Notes: a model not told the origin generated them from the sequence alone. DNA of 64,000 nt from Octopus sinensis (GCF_006345805.1 NC_043000.1:28024001-28088000); one strand, 5' to 3'; shown: positions 39,101-52,753, numbered from the stretch's first letter. Made by a program: numbers and translations.

Positions 39101-40138
39101 AGTGTTCCTCGCCTGTTAGATGGGTCACTATTATTTAACACTGCAAGCACTTCTCAACTGTTGAATTGTGACTTCGTCTCTGTGACCTAAACTAACCTAT
39201 AGCTCATATGCTAAACTTTCTCGACGCACTCGAAAAGATGACAGTACCGTTGGGTGACTGATATTCTGCTACAAACAACGAGCATATTCCAGTGATATAA
39301 TTATATCGTCATAATGATTATCAGGAAAATTTTGAGCTATTTTTCAATTGAAAACTGATTTAGCTCGTTAAGTGACGATAGTGGAATGAAACGGCACGTC
39401 ACTTGCTCAATGGGACTCGGCCATGGAAGTGGGGGCTATTAACGTTTGTGTTCTTAGTATCAATTTTGACTAGTAATAGGCGTTCCAATCGGCGCATTAT
39501 CGACAGGGAGCATTGCATCACCTAGGAACAATATTTGTAAACTAGAATTGACATGATTAATAGAAATATTGGGATGGTCCTCGGTGATAACACGGCCATG
39601 TAGAACAACGAAAGGGACAAAATAATTCAGTAATATGGTTGTCTATCCACAGACACACCTCGATGCTTCACGGTTAGAGGCCGAACAGTCAAAGTTGAAG
39701 GCTTTATTAAGCTGTCTCCAGACATAAACTTGCTTCGATCTGGGAAAATGTGTGATTGATGATTCATCGGAATCGTTATTGATCCGTTGAGCCATTGACC
39801 ACCACTGAAAGTGTAGTTACCATTTTTTTCTGCTTATCAATGTTGATGGTAAACAAGAGAGATTTCGCAGTTGCAGCCATCACATGTTACCAAGCTTTGT
39901 GGAGCGCAAGACGAACGGTTGTGGATGATATAAGGTTGGCAAGGTGGCAATTTAGCTCTGCAATAAATTTTGCAACCCTAGGCCGATCGATCGTTTTTAT
40001 ACAAAATGCGGTTCACTAGTCTGCGGTCTCTCTCTGTGATCTTTGCCATCTGTTCAGAATTTTGCTTGCTAGAGCGGGTTTTACCTTTTTTCTTATGCAA
40101 GCCTGATTTTAGAGACAGCGCCTTCCGAAACAATAGAA

Positions 40139-40356
40139 GTGGAGGCGCATAGTTTAGTGGTTAGGGTGTTAGACTTACGATTCTAAGATTGTGGTTTCGA
40201 TTATTGGACCGGGCGACGCATTATGTTCTTGAGCAAGATACTTTATTTCACGTTGCTCAGTCCACTCAGCTGGCAAAAATACGTATTCTATCGACGGACT
40301 CTAGTTCCTTCCAAGGAGGGATATATGCAAAACGTCTATATGACTCGAGAAGGAAG
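40139..40356 (+). mobile_element. Family E SINE inserted in the Tc1 ORF with a 9-bp TSD
   Basis: gaaacaata at 40127-40135 and 40357-40365. Confidence 0.85.
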
Positions 40357-40472
40357 GAAACAATATACAAGTCAGTGCTTTTAGTGGTTGAAGCTTCAAT
40401 CACCCGCGCTCCATCGACCTGTTCTCTTTGGGAATCAGATAGCGCAACATTGTAACATATTTTACATTACAC

Positions 40473-40880
40473 ACAGGTGTGGCTGTGTGGTAGGAAGCTT
40501 GCTTCCCAACCACATGGTTTTGAGTTCAGTCCTACTGAATGGCACCTTGGCTAAGTGTCTTCTACTACAGCCACGGGCCGATCAAAGCCTTGTGAGTGGA
40601 TTTGGTATACAGAAACTGTAAGAAGCCCGTCGTATACATGTGTATATATGTATATGTTTGTGTGTTTGTTTGCCTCCCTCTTCCGCCCAAGCATCGTTTG
40701 ACAACCAATGTTGTTGTGTTTACGTCCCCGTAAATTAGCGGTTTGGCAAAAAGAGACAGATATAATATGTACAAGGCTTACAAAGAATAAGTGCTGGAGT
40801 CAATTTGTTCGACTAAAGGCGGCGCTCCAGCATGGCCGCAGTCAAATGACTGAAACAAGTAAAAGAATAAAAGAATAAAA
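40473..40880 (+). mobile_element. Family B SINE, full length, within the Tc1 5' region
   Basis: Head, CORE block and tail as in other B copies. Confidence 0.9.
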
Positions 40881-40946
40881 ACCTATATGCTAAGCATAAA
40901 CACATAGGGTTATATTATGAAGTACAAAGCATACACAATGGATAGG

Positions 40947-40984
<38 letters not shown>

Positions 40985-41625
40985 CGTGTGCAATTTTAAT
41001 TTGTCATATTGCTAATAGAAAAAATATTTCAATAAATGTTTCTCTTTTTTGTCCAACCACTGTATTCCTAAGCGACTAAGCGACACTCAGTAAATCTCTT
41101 TCCTTTGGCTCCTTAATATAAATTAAACATTGAAACGAATCACAATTTAAAATAAGTTTTCGTATTTACATAGACTTTATTTATTTATTTTTTTTTTGTG
41201 TTTTTTTCATTCCCACTTCCAGAATATTTGATGTCCTGCGTACACAATACACCGAATCTTACAACACAGTATGTTTTCATTGGAGTACGCAATTGATAAA
41301 TACAAATGGCAGAGATATGACACGTTCGGTTTCTAGGTTAATAACGTTGACCGTTAATAAGTCATCGATGGCGCCATTGCAGTATGTCCAACCGCGAAAT
41401 CGCTTATCTCTCAGCGCCCGTTTTACGTAGCTGTAATAAAATAACATGAAGATATTGAGATATTCGGTTTTGCTGTTGATGATATTGCTTAGTCCTATGT
41501 CAGCTCTTATTGAGCCAGCCTATAAACAAAGGCGTTCCAAAAATGGCTATCTTTTAGTTGTTAATTTGATATAGTGTATTTAGGACTACATTATTCAATG
41601 TTTCTCTTGCTTCCTAGGACGGTAA

Positions 41626-41922
41626 GGTGTGATTTTGTTCCTTCTCGAGTCACGCCTGGCTCATAGGGCCGGTTTCCCAGTTTTCTTGGCGTATAGGTTC
41701 CCCACCTGGACGGGACGCCGGTCCGTCATCGGTGAGTTGCAAGATGCAGGAGGAAAGATTGTGAGAAGGTTGTGGCAAAAGAGTGGGCAGAAGTTCGCCA
41801 TTACCTTCTGCCGGAGCCGCGTGGAGCTTAGGTGTTTCGCTCATAAACACACATTCCCCGGTCTGAGATTCGACCCCGCGAGCCCGCTGCTCTAACCACT
41901 AGGACATGTACCTCCACAAGGT
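41626..41922 (-). mobile_element. Family C1 tRNA-SINE (V-domain-like 3' part)
   Basis: Minus-strand gtggagg..ctagtggttagagcagcgg head; gacggaccggcgtcccgtccaggtgggg block. Confidence 0.85.
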
Positions 41923-42106
41923 GTGTTTCGAGCGAGATTTAAGAGTTATTTTTAGCAGAATGACGATCTAATTGTTCCCTTTTCGATTATGACAACCTAT
42001 AAAGAAAACAGAGACACTATATGACTAATGAATGCTACGTCGATGACGGCGTAAAGTTTATGTCCTTCAACAGAGAAATATTAAAACAGAATTCTGTGTG
42101 AGAGAA

Positions 42107-42141
<35 letters not shown>

Positions 42142-43047
42142 GGGAAGAGACAGAACAGATACTCAACAAGTTGTTGTGTAACCCTACCAACTTGACAAGA
42201 CGCTTTTCAGAGGCAAGAAACGAACACAAAATTTAAGGGTTGAAATATTTTATTCAAATTAGATTCCTAATGACTTTCATAAATAAGATATATAAACAAA
42301 AAGATAATTTTGGTCAGCAAACGACAGTGGTTTTAGGGAAACAGTAGCCGATAATTTAACTAAGATTACAGACAAATCAACAAATAGAGATGGGAATAAC
42401 CTCAATTTATTTAAGAGATTAAACAGTTATCAGCCTGGCTAGTGAACATAAACCAAATAATTGATCATTTACGAAACAAATTTTAGAAAATCCTCAAATA
42501 AATTTTCAATAATATAATTAACTTCAACTTTTATTGAATTAGTACAGTGTAAAATACATTTTTATTTTGTATTTTAGATTGCAAAATAAAAACAAAAAAT
42601 TATGTTCTACTAAATCGATATCACGCTATGCAATCAATAATTTATGGCCGAATCAAATTTTCACAAAGTATGAATGAGATTAAAACCAGATATGGGGCTA
42701 CACAAAGTATTATTGAATTTTAAAATAGTTGATTTACTTATCTTAGTCACGGGAAAATAAAAATCAATAAATTTTTAATGGCAAACAAAAGGGGTTTGAA
42801 GTTGTCGAAAATATTTCAACGTCTGCAGTGGAAATCTAATGGTTATGTTACTAAAAGTTTTGCTATAAGAACATCATCTTCTGGGATCGATTCCACTGCA
42901 AATCAACAGTATCTTTTATCAGATACCCGGTTAGTGGAATGCCTCAAACCCTATAGTGACTAGGAGTCTTATTCCAGAGAAAACCTAGCACCGTGCTCTA
43001 TATTCTCGGTTCAATAGTGTAGAAATATGTGAGTGTGTGGGTGTGCG

Positions 43048-43084
<37 letters not shown>

Positions 43085-43224
43085 ATTTGATGGGGAAAGA
43101 TCTGTTTGTATCGGCATTTCATAGTAGGGGATTTTCTGTATAATGTGTAGGTTTATATTTACACTTATAAGTCTATGTGTATCTGGTTCCTTTTGATCGC
43201 TACATGTAACCCAGTAAAACCTAT

Positions 43225-43448
43225 TTCTTTACTACCCACAAGGGGCTAAACACAGAGAGGACAAACAAGGACAGACAAACGGATTAAGTCGATTATATCG
43301 ACCCCAGTGCGTAACTGGTACTTAATTTATCGACCCCGAAAGGATGAAAGGCAAAGTTGACCTTGGAGGAATTTGAACTCAGAACTTAACGGCAGTCGAA
43401 ATACGGCTACGCATTTCGCCCGGCGTGCTAACGTTTCTGCTAGCTCGC
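43225..43448 (-). mobile_element. Family A SINE, full length
   Basis: Reverse complement of the family A consensus. Confidence 0.9.
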
Positions 43449-44095
43449 CTAAAACCTTTAGCATAGCCTCGTTGACGGTGACTAATTTGAGAACTCAACT
43501 AAGCTTGCTTGCTTGCTTGCTTTGCATGCTTGGTGAGGAGGTTCATTTTCATAGCCTGCCAGATGAAAAACAAGCTTCATCAAAGATCAGATAAACTCAA
43601 TGACGTCAATTGCCACCCAACAATATTCACATTCACACGTTGAATCTGAGCGTGTATGTTTAGTGACATGATGACATGCTCGTATTTCATGTATATGAGG
43701 CATGGAAAGAAATAAGCAACCTTCACCTCCAGAGTATCGAACCTGCAGCAGCGAGTAAATCATTAGAAAGAAGCAGGGAACAACATACCGCTAGGCTGGG
43801 CCAGAAAGCGCGATACAAGACATACATCTGATTTAGGATCTGAACACACAAGTTGGATGGAACTGAGAGGTATGGAGCAATGTTGGTTATTCTCTGCGTT
43901 CTCATATAATCTCAGTTCGCATCCCATTTGGTTGCCACCGGCCTTATTGTGCGGAAACGAATGAGGGGTAAACTTGAGTGCGGGTCTTGTTCGCTTTAAC
44001 AAAATCATCCAGCACTATTCTAGCATCTAAATTTGTTAGGCCTTCATCAAACTGAGACACAAAGGATTATATATATATATATATATATGTGTGTG

Positions 44096-44128
<33 letters not shown>

Positions 44129-44249
44129 TGTGTGACTACATGTATATAGGAAATAGTGGCACAACAAGGTACCAAATGTTTGCTGGAACTAACAGTCGAT
44201 AACCGTACGACGCCATTGTAAAGCTTCACCGAATGTACAAAGGCAAAGG

Positions 44250-44428
44250 CAAAAAAAGCAGTATCGGTCTTTGCCTTTCCCTTGGATAACATCGGTGGCG
44301 TGGAGAGGGGAGGATGGTATGCATGGGCGACTGCTGGCCTTCCACAAACAACCTTGCCCGGACTTATGCCTGGGAGGGTAACTTTCTAGGTGCAATCCCA
44401 TGGTCTGTCATGACCGAAGGGGGTCTCC
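44250..44428 (+). mobile_element. Family F SINE 3' part
   Basis: ggataacatcggtggcgtggagagggg ... ctaggtgcaatcccatggtc..catgaccgaaggggg. Confidence 0.8.
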
Positions 44429-44431
44429 GAG

Positions 44432-44474
<43 letters not shown>

Positions 44475-44791
44475 TGGTGTGTGTGTGTGTGTGTGTCTAT
44501 GTCTGTGTATGTATGTATGTATATATGTATATTCGATATGCATATACGTGTATGTGTATCTTTGCGTGTGTGTGAGCGAAAAACTGAGTTTATGAGAAAG
44601 AAAGAGGGTAAGGTGCTTCTACATGGTTTTACGCGTGACTGTTAAAGAAGGTGATTTTTCAATGGCCGCTTTTACATTTAACGCTATCCATAATGCCGTC
44701 ACTGGTTTCTGGTGACGCTATGCTCTTAGTAAAGAACAAAGAATAATTGAGTCGTTCATACATTTTCTTCGATCGTTTTCCTTGTAAAGTA

Positions 44792-45750
44792 TTGGGTTGT
44801 CCGGAAAGTTCGTGCCGATTTTTAAAGGAAAGAAATAGGTCAATAAATACTTGCCATTACCCAAGCTTTACTAGGTGCTCATGAACGACAGATTTTGTTA
44901 GGAGGTTGCGGCTTTCTGCCAATTCTCGTGTTCTGCCATACTCTTTACTCTTTTACTCTTTTACATGTTTCAGTCATTTGACTGCGGCCATGCTGGAGCA
45001 CCGCCTTTAGTCAAGCAACTCGACCCCGGGACTTATTCTTTGTAAGCCCAGTACTTATTCTATCGGTCTCTTTTGCCGAACCGCTAAGTGACGGGTACGT
45101 AAACACACCAGCATCGGTTGTCAAGCAATGCTAGGGGTACAAACACAGACACACAAACACATACACATACATATATATATACATATATACGACAGGCTTC
45201 TTTCAGTTTCCGTCTACCAAATCCACTCACAAGGCATTGGTCGGCCCGGGGCTATAGCAGAAGACACTTGCCCAAGATGCCACGCAGTGGGACTGAACCC
45301 GGAACCATGTGGTTGGTTAGCAAGCTACTTACCACACAGTCACTCCTGCGCCTATGTGGGTTATTCTCAATTAATTACTTGATTTGGTCATCATCTGTAA
45401 TGGATGGTCTGCCTGATCGCTCTTTATCAATAAGGCTACAATTTCCAGCTCGGAACCTTGCGAACCACTTCCGTACAGTTCTTTCAAATAAAGAAACATC
45501 ACCGTAAACTGCGCATATTTCTTTGGTTGCTTGTGAGGCATTTTTCCCTTTACGGAAAAAGAAAAGCATCAAGTGCCGAAAATGAACCTTCTTGGCTTCC
45601 ATTTTAAAGGGTTACAGAATTAACACAGGTTATAGGAGCATAGACCTTCTTCCACGAAAAGACAGCTTAAACTGTGCTCTAAATGGAGGTTCTAAAATAA
45701 GTCGAAAGGTAAGCTACTATAAATCGGCACGAACTTTCCGGACAACCCAA
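44792..45750 (-). mobile_element. Internally deleted mariner with perfect 30-bp TIRs and TA target duplication
   Basis: TIR ttgggttgtccggaaagttcgtgccgattt (44792-44821) and its exact reverse complement (45721-45750), TA on both sides; ORF MEAKKVHFRHLMLFFFRKG...KWFARFRAG...RSGRPS encodes only the HTH region. Confidence 0.93.
44941..45353 (-). mobile_element. Family B SINE inserted in the mariner ORF
   Basis: Complete head to tail; mariner codons resume beyond it (TRELAE..VVHEHLVKLG). Confidence 0.9.
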
Positions 45751-46751
45751 TAGATTCAACGAAACAAGCGTAATACATTTTACTGGAAACCGCAACCAAC
45801 GTATGGCATCGGTTCACATGTTCAATATCGGGTATCACTAATGAAGTTAAGATCTCTTTACAGAATCAACAACAAATACCCCTATGTGGTCTCTCACTCT
45901 ACTAGAAATGGCTGTGAAACCGACCTGAAATCACATAATATAATAATAATGTTGTTACACATCTCGAAAAGGAGAGATAACCGCATTTCGAATGCATTCG
46001 ATGATACGTCTATGTTTTTATTTTATAGTATGTCTATTGTATTATGTTTAACTTGGAAGTTACACATTAACAACCTATGAGTGCATGTATATGTATGTGT
46101 ATGCGTGTGTGTGTTTTCCCAAGCAGCCACTAATTTCCTTGGCAATTCATTACAAACTATACCAAAATCAGATAATCTAACGGACAAATTTAATATCTAA
46201 CGATAACACTCAAAATAGAAAACGTAACTATAAGACGTTTTGATGACCAGAATAAAAAAAAAGCTAAGGAAAAACTTTATGGAGCGAATCAGTAAAAGGA
46301 TGTAGCTTATAACAACTATTAATAGATTCAAACAGCCATCAACCCTCATAAACAACACAGAATACTTTCGCTGCTATGCTTAAATAAATCTAATTTGAAA
46401 CTCACGTACCAAACTCGCTGTTTGGATAACGTCTTTGATGGTTCTACTTACGAGGTGTGAGTTCAAATATTATCAGCGTGTATCAAGATGATTTTAAACA
46501 AGTCTTTTTATCTAATTAGTTGTCGTAGATAAATATAAGTTCTTTTCGGAAAATTCTTAAACATTATATCTTATCCATTGATGTCAAGTTGAAACAGTTC
46601 CTTGGTGAAATCGTGAATATCATCCTCGCTGCGTATAAGCCTTGTCTTCGCCGCAATCTTTTACTGGAATGATATATAACACTGATCTCTATCAAAAGCA
46701 CAATTCATTACATTTCAGGTGGAGGTTTATTATTGGAGTAGATCGACCCTA

Positions 46752-46986
46752 ATCTTTTTTACTCTCTCTCTTTTATTTTTATTCTTTTTACTTGTTTCAG
46801 TAATTTGACTGAGGTCATACTGGAGCACCGCCTTTAGTCGAGCAAATCGACCCCAAGACGTATTCTTTGTAAGCCTAGTACTTATTCTATCGGGCCTCTT
46901 ACGCTGAACCGCTAAGTTACCAGCATCGGTTGTCAAGCGTTGTTGGGAAGACAAACACACACACACACAAACACACACACACAAAT

Positions 46987-47072
<86 letters not shown>

Positions 47073-47237
47073 GACGGGGTTATTTCAGTTTCCGTGTACC
47101 GAATCCACCCACAAGGCTTTGGTCGGCCCGAGGCTATAGTAGAAGACACTTGCCCAAGGTGCCACGAAGTTGGACTGAACCCAGAACCATGTAGTTCGTA
47201 AGCAAGCTACTTACCACACAGCCACTCCTGCGCCTAC
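46752..47237 (-). mobile_element. Family B SINE, full length
   Basis: As other B copies. Confidence 0.9.
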
Positions 47238-47345
47238 ATTTAACTCGTGTTTATATTATCGGCCACAGATAACGGAATTCAGTCTTTGAATGATTTGAAC
47301 TCGAGTTAAGGGAACCGGTGTATTTCATGTAAGATAATTGTGGTT

Positions 47346-47556
47346 TAGTACAAGGAGACAAAAGGGTAACGCCGTTAGTAGGATGGTGAGATTGGGTGTC
47401 GGAGAGAAAAGGGGACGCAATTGCTAAGAGAAGTTAAGCTGTCCTTCATTCCTCCTAATTCAGCTTAACTTCTCATAGCATAGCTTTCCCTATTTCTTTC
47501 CAACAGCCGCTCTTACCATTCTACTAAGGGCTTTGCCCTCTTGTCTTTCTGTACTA
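47346..47556 (+). other. 211-nt hairpin: 96-nt arms and a 19-nt loop
   Basis: Ungapped manual pairing gives 73 Watson-Crick pairs, 9 G-U pairs and 14 mismatches on the plus strand. Confidence 0.9.
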
Positions 47557-47744
47557 GATTTTAACTCAGAACGTAAAGGGCTCTTTCGATCTATCAATTT
47601 GTGATAGTTATGGTTAGTAGCATGTACATCAGTGGCAGCAGCATCGTTAGGGCCAGAATCGTCTTAGCAGCCATTATTACCTTCATCCGCACTGCTTTAA
47701 CCACCACTACCACCAACACCATAATCATCTTCACGATAACCTTC

Positions 47745-47886
47745 ATTCATTATCCTTACCATCATCATCTTCTTCATTATCAGCATCATCGTCATCATCA
47801 TATTCACTGCTATCACCTCCACCATGACCAACAATTCCATCATCACTTCATCATAATCTTCATCACCACCATCATCATCATCATCG

Positions 47887-47921
<35 letters not shown>

Positions 47922-47925
47922 GTCG

Positions 47926-47982
<57 letters not shown>

Positions 47983-48135
47983 CTTGCATTAACACCACCA
48001 CAACTACCCTCATCATCACTTCCGCGACTAACCACCAGCACCTCCACCATCACCAGCAGCACCACGACCACTACCTCTACCACACCACCGCCACCATCAT
48101 CGTCATTATTGCCATCATCATCATCATCATCATCC
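47745..48135. repeat. (CAT)n/(CAC)n microsatellite
   Basis: Direct reading. Confidence 0.95.
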
Positions 48136-48738
48136 TGTGGGAAATATCGAATCGTTAAATAAAAAGTAGATATGTAATTTAAATTTAATGATAAATAAGT
48201 TTAATGTACAGAAGATTTTTATGAATTAAAAAAATTAATTAATTTTAAACATTTTAGTCAGGGAAAGAAAGTAAATAAATCAATAATTACTTGTAGTTAA
48301 TTACTATCTAACATAATTCCCACTCTCATTTAATAAGTTTATACTATAATGGGATATTGCTAATGTTCTTGTTCTGGTTGCTGTCTTCTTTATCGTATCA
48401 TCCTCTTACATACATGAGTATGTTCTCTTTATTATTATTTAAAATGTCTCTCTATAATGGCCAGTAGTGTTCACAGCTAAAAAATATCAATTTATCTTTT
48501 CGGTCTACATGCGTAAGCGTGGGTGTGTGTGTGTGAGAAAAAGGTTTGGTTAGCCTCTATGTGGTTTCGGTATCACTTCCACATTGCGCAGCTGTATGAA
48601 CACGTGCTTTTCTACGGTATACTGGGTTGTCAAATACCCGTGGGTAAATAGAGTATCGAAATCTTAACGTAATCCAGCCATATATACACGTCTTCCGTTG
48701 GCGATTTCTTTTCCTTCTTTGGACTCTTCCCTTTCTCC

Positions 48739-48771
48739 TTTCCGATGAAGAGCTATGCTCGAAACATCAAA
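48739..48771 (+). ncRNA. Diverged family G-like minimal hammerhead (CCGAUGAA core)
   Basis: TTT CCGATGAA GAGC-TAT-GCTC GAAA CATC AAA; stem III mismatched. Confidence 0.4.
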
Positions 48772-49914
48772 CTCTCGCTTTTTTTACCGAGCACCAAGCT
48801 AATCCATTTCTTGTGCATGTTCTCACGTTGGTTTTCATTACACTTTTTCTCTTTTACTTGTTTCAATCATTTGACTGTGGTCATGCTGGAGCACCATCTT
48901 TAGCCGAGCAAATCGACCCCAGTACTTATTCTATCGGTTTCTATTGCAAATAAAAAATAACCGCTGTTAGTTTTTATTTGTTTATTTAAATTCTCTGTGC
49001 TCCAGCATGGCCGCAGTCTCATGACTGATACTAGTAAAAAATAAGAGATAAAACGCGCGCGCGTGTGTGTGTGAAAGAGAGAGAGAGAGAGAGAGACCTA
49101 GTAGTTAGGATGTTGCACCACGGCAACAGTAGAAAATGTGTTACAATTTTAATATTTCAAGCCGATCACATGAAGGAGTGATGTTGGTCTCCATTTTGGA
49201 TTATATATATATTATATTATATATCATATATAGGCCTACATTTACATTGATGTAATGATTGCATTGTTCAATTAAATGGAGTCGCTTGAAACGGTCGTAC
49301 TGCATAACCTCTGGATATCCTGTTGCCTATTTTGATATTTCATATATATATAGCCTATGTATGTATATGTATGTGTGTGGTGTGTGTGTGTGTGTCTGTA
49401 TGATTGTGTGCGGAGGTGTAGGTTCGCGTATGCATGTGTACACTCCTGTGTGTACCTGTATATATGTTTGTCTCTCCTTGCTTAACAACCAGGACTGGTT
49501 TGTTCATATTCCCCTAATTTCAGTAAAATGTGCAAAATAGAATAAAGATCAAACCTTAAAAATACATTAGTAATGAATTTTGAATCCATCGACTAAACCT
49601 TTCTAGGTGTTACCCAAAGGACACAATCATGTCCGTAGGTGAATCAAGTAAGTAATAACGATTAAAGGAATAACATTCTTTGATTCTTTTGAATAAAGTG
49701 GTGTATTCATTTACTAAACAACCCTAACAATGTTTAATTCGGATCACGATTTTCTACTGTTTACAAGTTACAATTTCTTAATGATTTAAATGTTATAATC
49801 ATTAAATATTATTAACAAGAGAAAATTAGCTTTGACTTAATTTGTATGGTGTAAATTTTTAAATTGCTTCCTGATTTAATGGGTCGCCAATTTTCCGTAG
49901 AGAGAGATGATGTT

Positions 49915-50178
49915 GATGAAGATTAATGATGATGATGATAACGAGGTGTTCGAGGTAAAAGGGAAGAAGAATGTGATAATGACGATGATGATGATAACGA
50001 TGTTGATGTTGATGATGATGATGATGATGATGATGATGAGTATGACGAGAAAATGCTGGTAAATATAGTTAAGCTTTAGATGTTTAGAATTATCAATTCA
50101 TTAACCTATGTTCCGTTTAATTTAAATTCTGCAGCCATTCCTAATCAATCTGTCCAAAAATGTGTAAGAGATCTGTAA

Positions 50179-50211
<33 letters not shown>

Positions 50212-50520
50212 GGTGGTGGTGGTGATGATGATGGTTATGATGATGGTGACGATGATGATGACGGTGACGATTATGTCAATAATGATGATAATAATTATCA
50301 TAATGGAGGTGGTAGTAGTTATCCTAGGGGTGATGATGATGATGCCAATGATGATAATGGTGGTGGTGGATTTGATGATACTGGTGATGATGATGATGAT
50401 GATGATATTGACGATGATGCTGCTGCTGCTGCTGATGATGATGTTGATGATTACGATGAAGGGAGTGGCTGCCGTGTCTACGTTGATGTTGATAATATTT
50501 TTGATGATAATGGTGCTGAT
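49915..50520. repeat. (GAT)n/(GGT)n microsatellites
   Basis: Direct reading. Confidence 0.9.
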
Positions 50521-50997
50521 GAATTTTTTTGAAACGGCAGTAAATTTAGAACCATTCATTCTCTAATTTGTTGATTCTATTATGGATTTATTACTTTCCA
50601 ATTATTTATTAATTGAAAGAAAAACCGACAGAAAGATTACAGTGAAATTGTTGTGGGGAGAACATCCAATATTTCGGCAATAGTACTTCTTGAAGGGAAA
50701 TTTGAGTTGCAAAAAGGAAGAGAACAACGGAAGAGTTTTATATCCCCAGACTGAGAAATTGGCTGCAACTGATGAGGAACGCAGGGAAACGTAAGCTGCA
50801 TACGTCGACAGGGATTAATACAAGGTAAAAATTTAAAGGTGTACGAAGCAAAGGAGAACGACAACAGAAGAAGTGGCTGAGAGTGAGTTGGAGAGGGAAG
50901 GAGAGGAGGAGGAGGATGTTTGTAATTATAATTAGGATATTAAGATATAACCTCTTACATTTTTATATTTATCAACTTCCACTCATAGTAATCATTT

Positions 50998-51345
50998 TTG
51001 CAGGAGAGGCTGTGTGGTACGTAGCTTGCTTCCCAATCATAAGTTCCGGGTTCAGTCCCACTGCGTGGCACCTTGAGCAGGTGTTTTCTTCTATAGCCTC
51101 GGGCCGACCAAAACCTCGTGAGTGGATTTGGTAGGTGGAAACTGAAAGAAGTCCGTCGTATATGTGTGTGTGTGTGTATTTTGGCTGTGTCCCCCCACCA
51201 TCGCTTGACAACCGATACTGGCGTGTTTCCGTCCCCATAACTTAGCAGTTCGGCAAAATATCCTGGGGTTGATTTGCTCGACTAAAGGTGGTGCTTCAGC
51301 ATGGCCGCAGTCAAATTACTGAAACAAGTAAAAGAATAAAATAAC
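50998..51345 (+). mobile_element. Family B SINE
   Basis: As other B copies. Confidence 0.88.
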
Positions 51346-51667
51346 AAAAGAAAAGCTTGTAAATTTAAATTTCCAAATTTACGAATGCTGCCATGTTATG
51401 GGTACTATGCCCTTTGTGGAGTTTTTTTTCTTTTCCAATATTTCGCCTTATATTAATACGAAAGTTAAAGACTTTAAAATCATCAATGAAAAAGAAAAAA
51501 CCATACGTTCAACAGTTTCTTGTATAAACTTTTATGCATGCGCCTATATTTACACACAGACACACAGACAAACACGTGCACAAATCTACACATGGACGCA
51601 CATATACATTCACATATACTCCCACGCCCACATGCAGAAACGCATGTTCGCGCGTACACCAAGATGT

Positions 51668-51968
51668 TTGTTCCTTCGTGAGCCATGCCTGACACATAAG
51701 GGCCGGTTTCCCGGTTTCCTTGGCGTATAGGTTCCCCACCTGGATGGGACGCCGGTCCATCGCAGGTGAAGCTACAAGATGCAGGAGGAAAGGGTGAGAG
51801 AAAGTTGTGGCGAAAGAGTGGGCAGAAGTTCGCCATTACCTTCTGCCGGAGCCGCGTGGAGCTTAGGTGTTTCTCTCATAAACACACACATCGCCCGGTC
51901 TAAGATTCGAAACCGCGATCTCTCGACCGCGAGTCCGCTGCTCTAACCACTAGGCCATCTACCTCCAC
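51668..51968 (-). mobile_element. Family C1 SINE, full length
   Basis: A box tggcctagtgg, B box gtttcgaatc, V-like ctgcgatggaccggcgtcccatccagg. Confidence 0.9.
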
Positions 51969-52214
51969 ACACCAAGGTATATGCATAAATTATTTTTCAA
52001 TTTCTTTTCTTTACTTCATTCGCTCTATTTTCCTTCTTTTCATATTTTCGGTTTCATTTCCATTTTTCTGTCTTTCACCCTTTATTATCGCTTACATTTA
52101 TTTCACATCTCTTTATCTTGGTTTCTTTCTTCCTCTGTGTCGGTTTGTTCCTTTCCGTCATCACAGCTCCTCTATCTTTCCCTTTACCATTCTTGCCTAT
52201 TTTCTTTTTCTATT

Positions 52215-52261
<47 letters not shown>

Positions 52262-52535
52262 AATTTCTCACTCTGTATATGTGTTTGTAGCACCATTTCC
52301 ATCTCAAATTCTCTTTCTCTTTCTCTTTTCTCTCTAATAATTTATTCCGCTTTCCTTTATAGCTGTGCATATATAAATTCATATATAAATTCACACACAC
52401 ACACACACGCAACATATATATATATACACACCCACACCTACACGCACAAACACACACACACACACACACACATACACACACACACACACCACACACACAC
52501 ACCACACACACACACACACCACACACACACACACA

Positions 52536-52602
<67 letters not shown>

Positions 52603-52753
52603 TATATATATATTAATTTCTACAATTGTTTTCCACATTCTTTCTCTCTCTCTCTCGTGCTCTGTCTTTCTTTCTGTCTCTCTTTTCCACTCTCATTTTC
52701 TCGCTTTCTCTCTCTATGTCTCTCTCTATCACACAAACACACAATCACACACA

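Larger units (their letters stand above)
39215..41062 (-). mobile_element. Decayed Tc1-like transposon interrupted by two SINEs
   Basis: TIR-like CAGTGGTTGGACAAAA at 41047-41062 plus TA; LSDSQREQVDGARV, KGKTRSSKQNS, SDESS..VYVWRQ, TVKH, LHGRV, DNAPI on the minus strand; far TIR not found. Confidence 0.85.

Noticed and set aside
35372-40137. The two Tc1 fragments as one split element
   Set aside because: They overlap in protein coordinates, each has its own 5' TIR, and their order is incompatible with a single element
43540-44050. Complex sequence with faint hAT-like (SHSHVESERV) or P-element-like motifs
   Set aside because: Single weak motifs in different frames; cannot be supported without an HMM search
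46450-46740. Possible mariner relic (tacgagg TIR-like start, LKQFLG)
   Set aside because: Too decayed to call
50769-50800. CTGATGA...GAAACGTA hammerhead-like string
   Set aside because: Stem II cannot close (no G-C pair before GAAA), and the flanks are direct repeats rather than complementary
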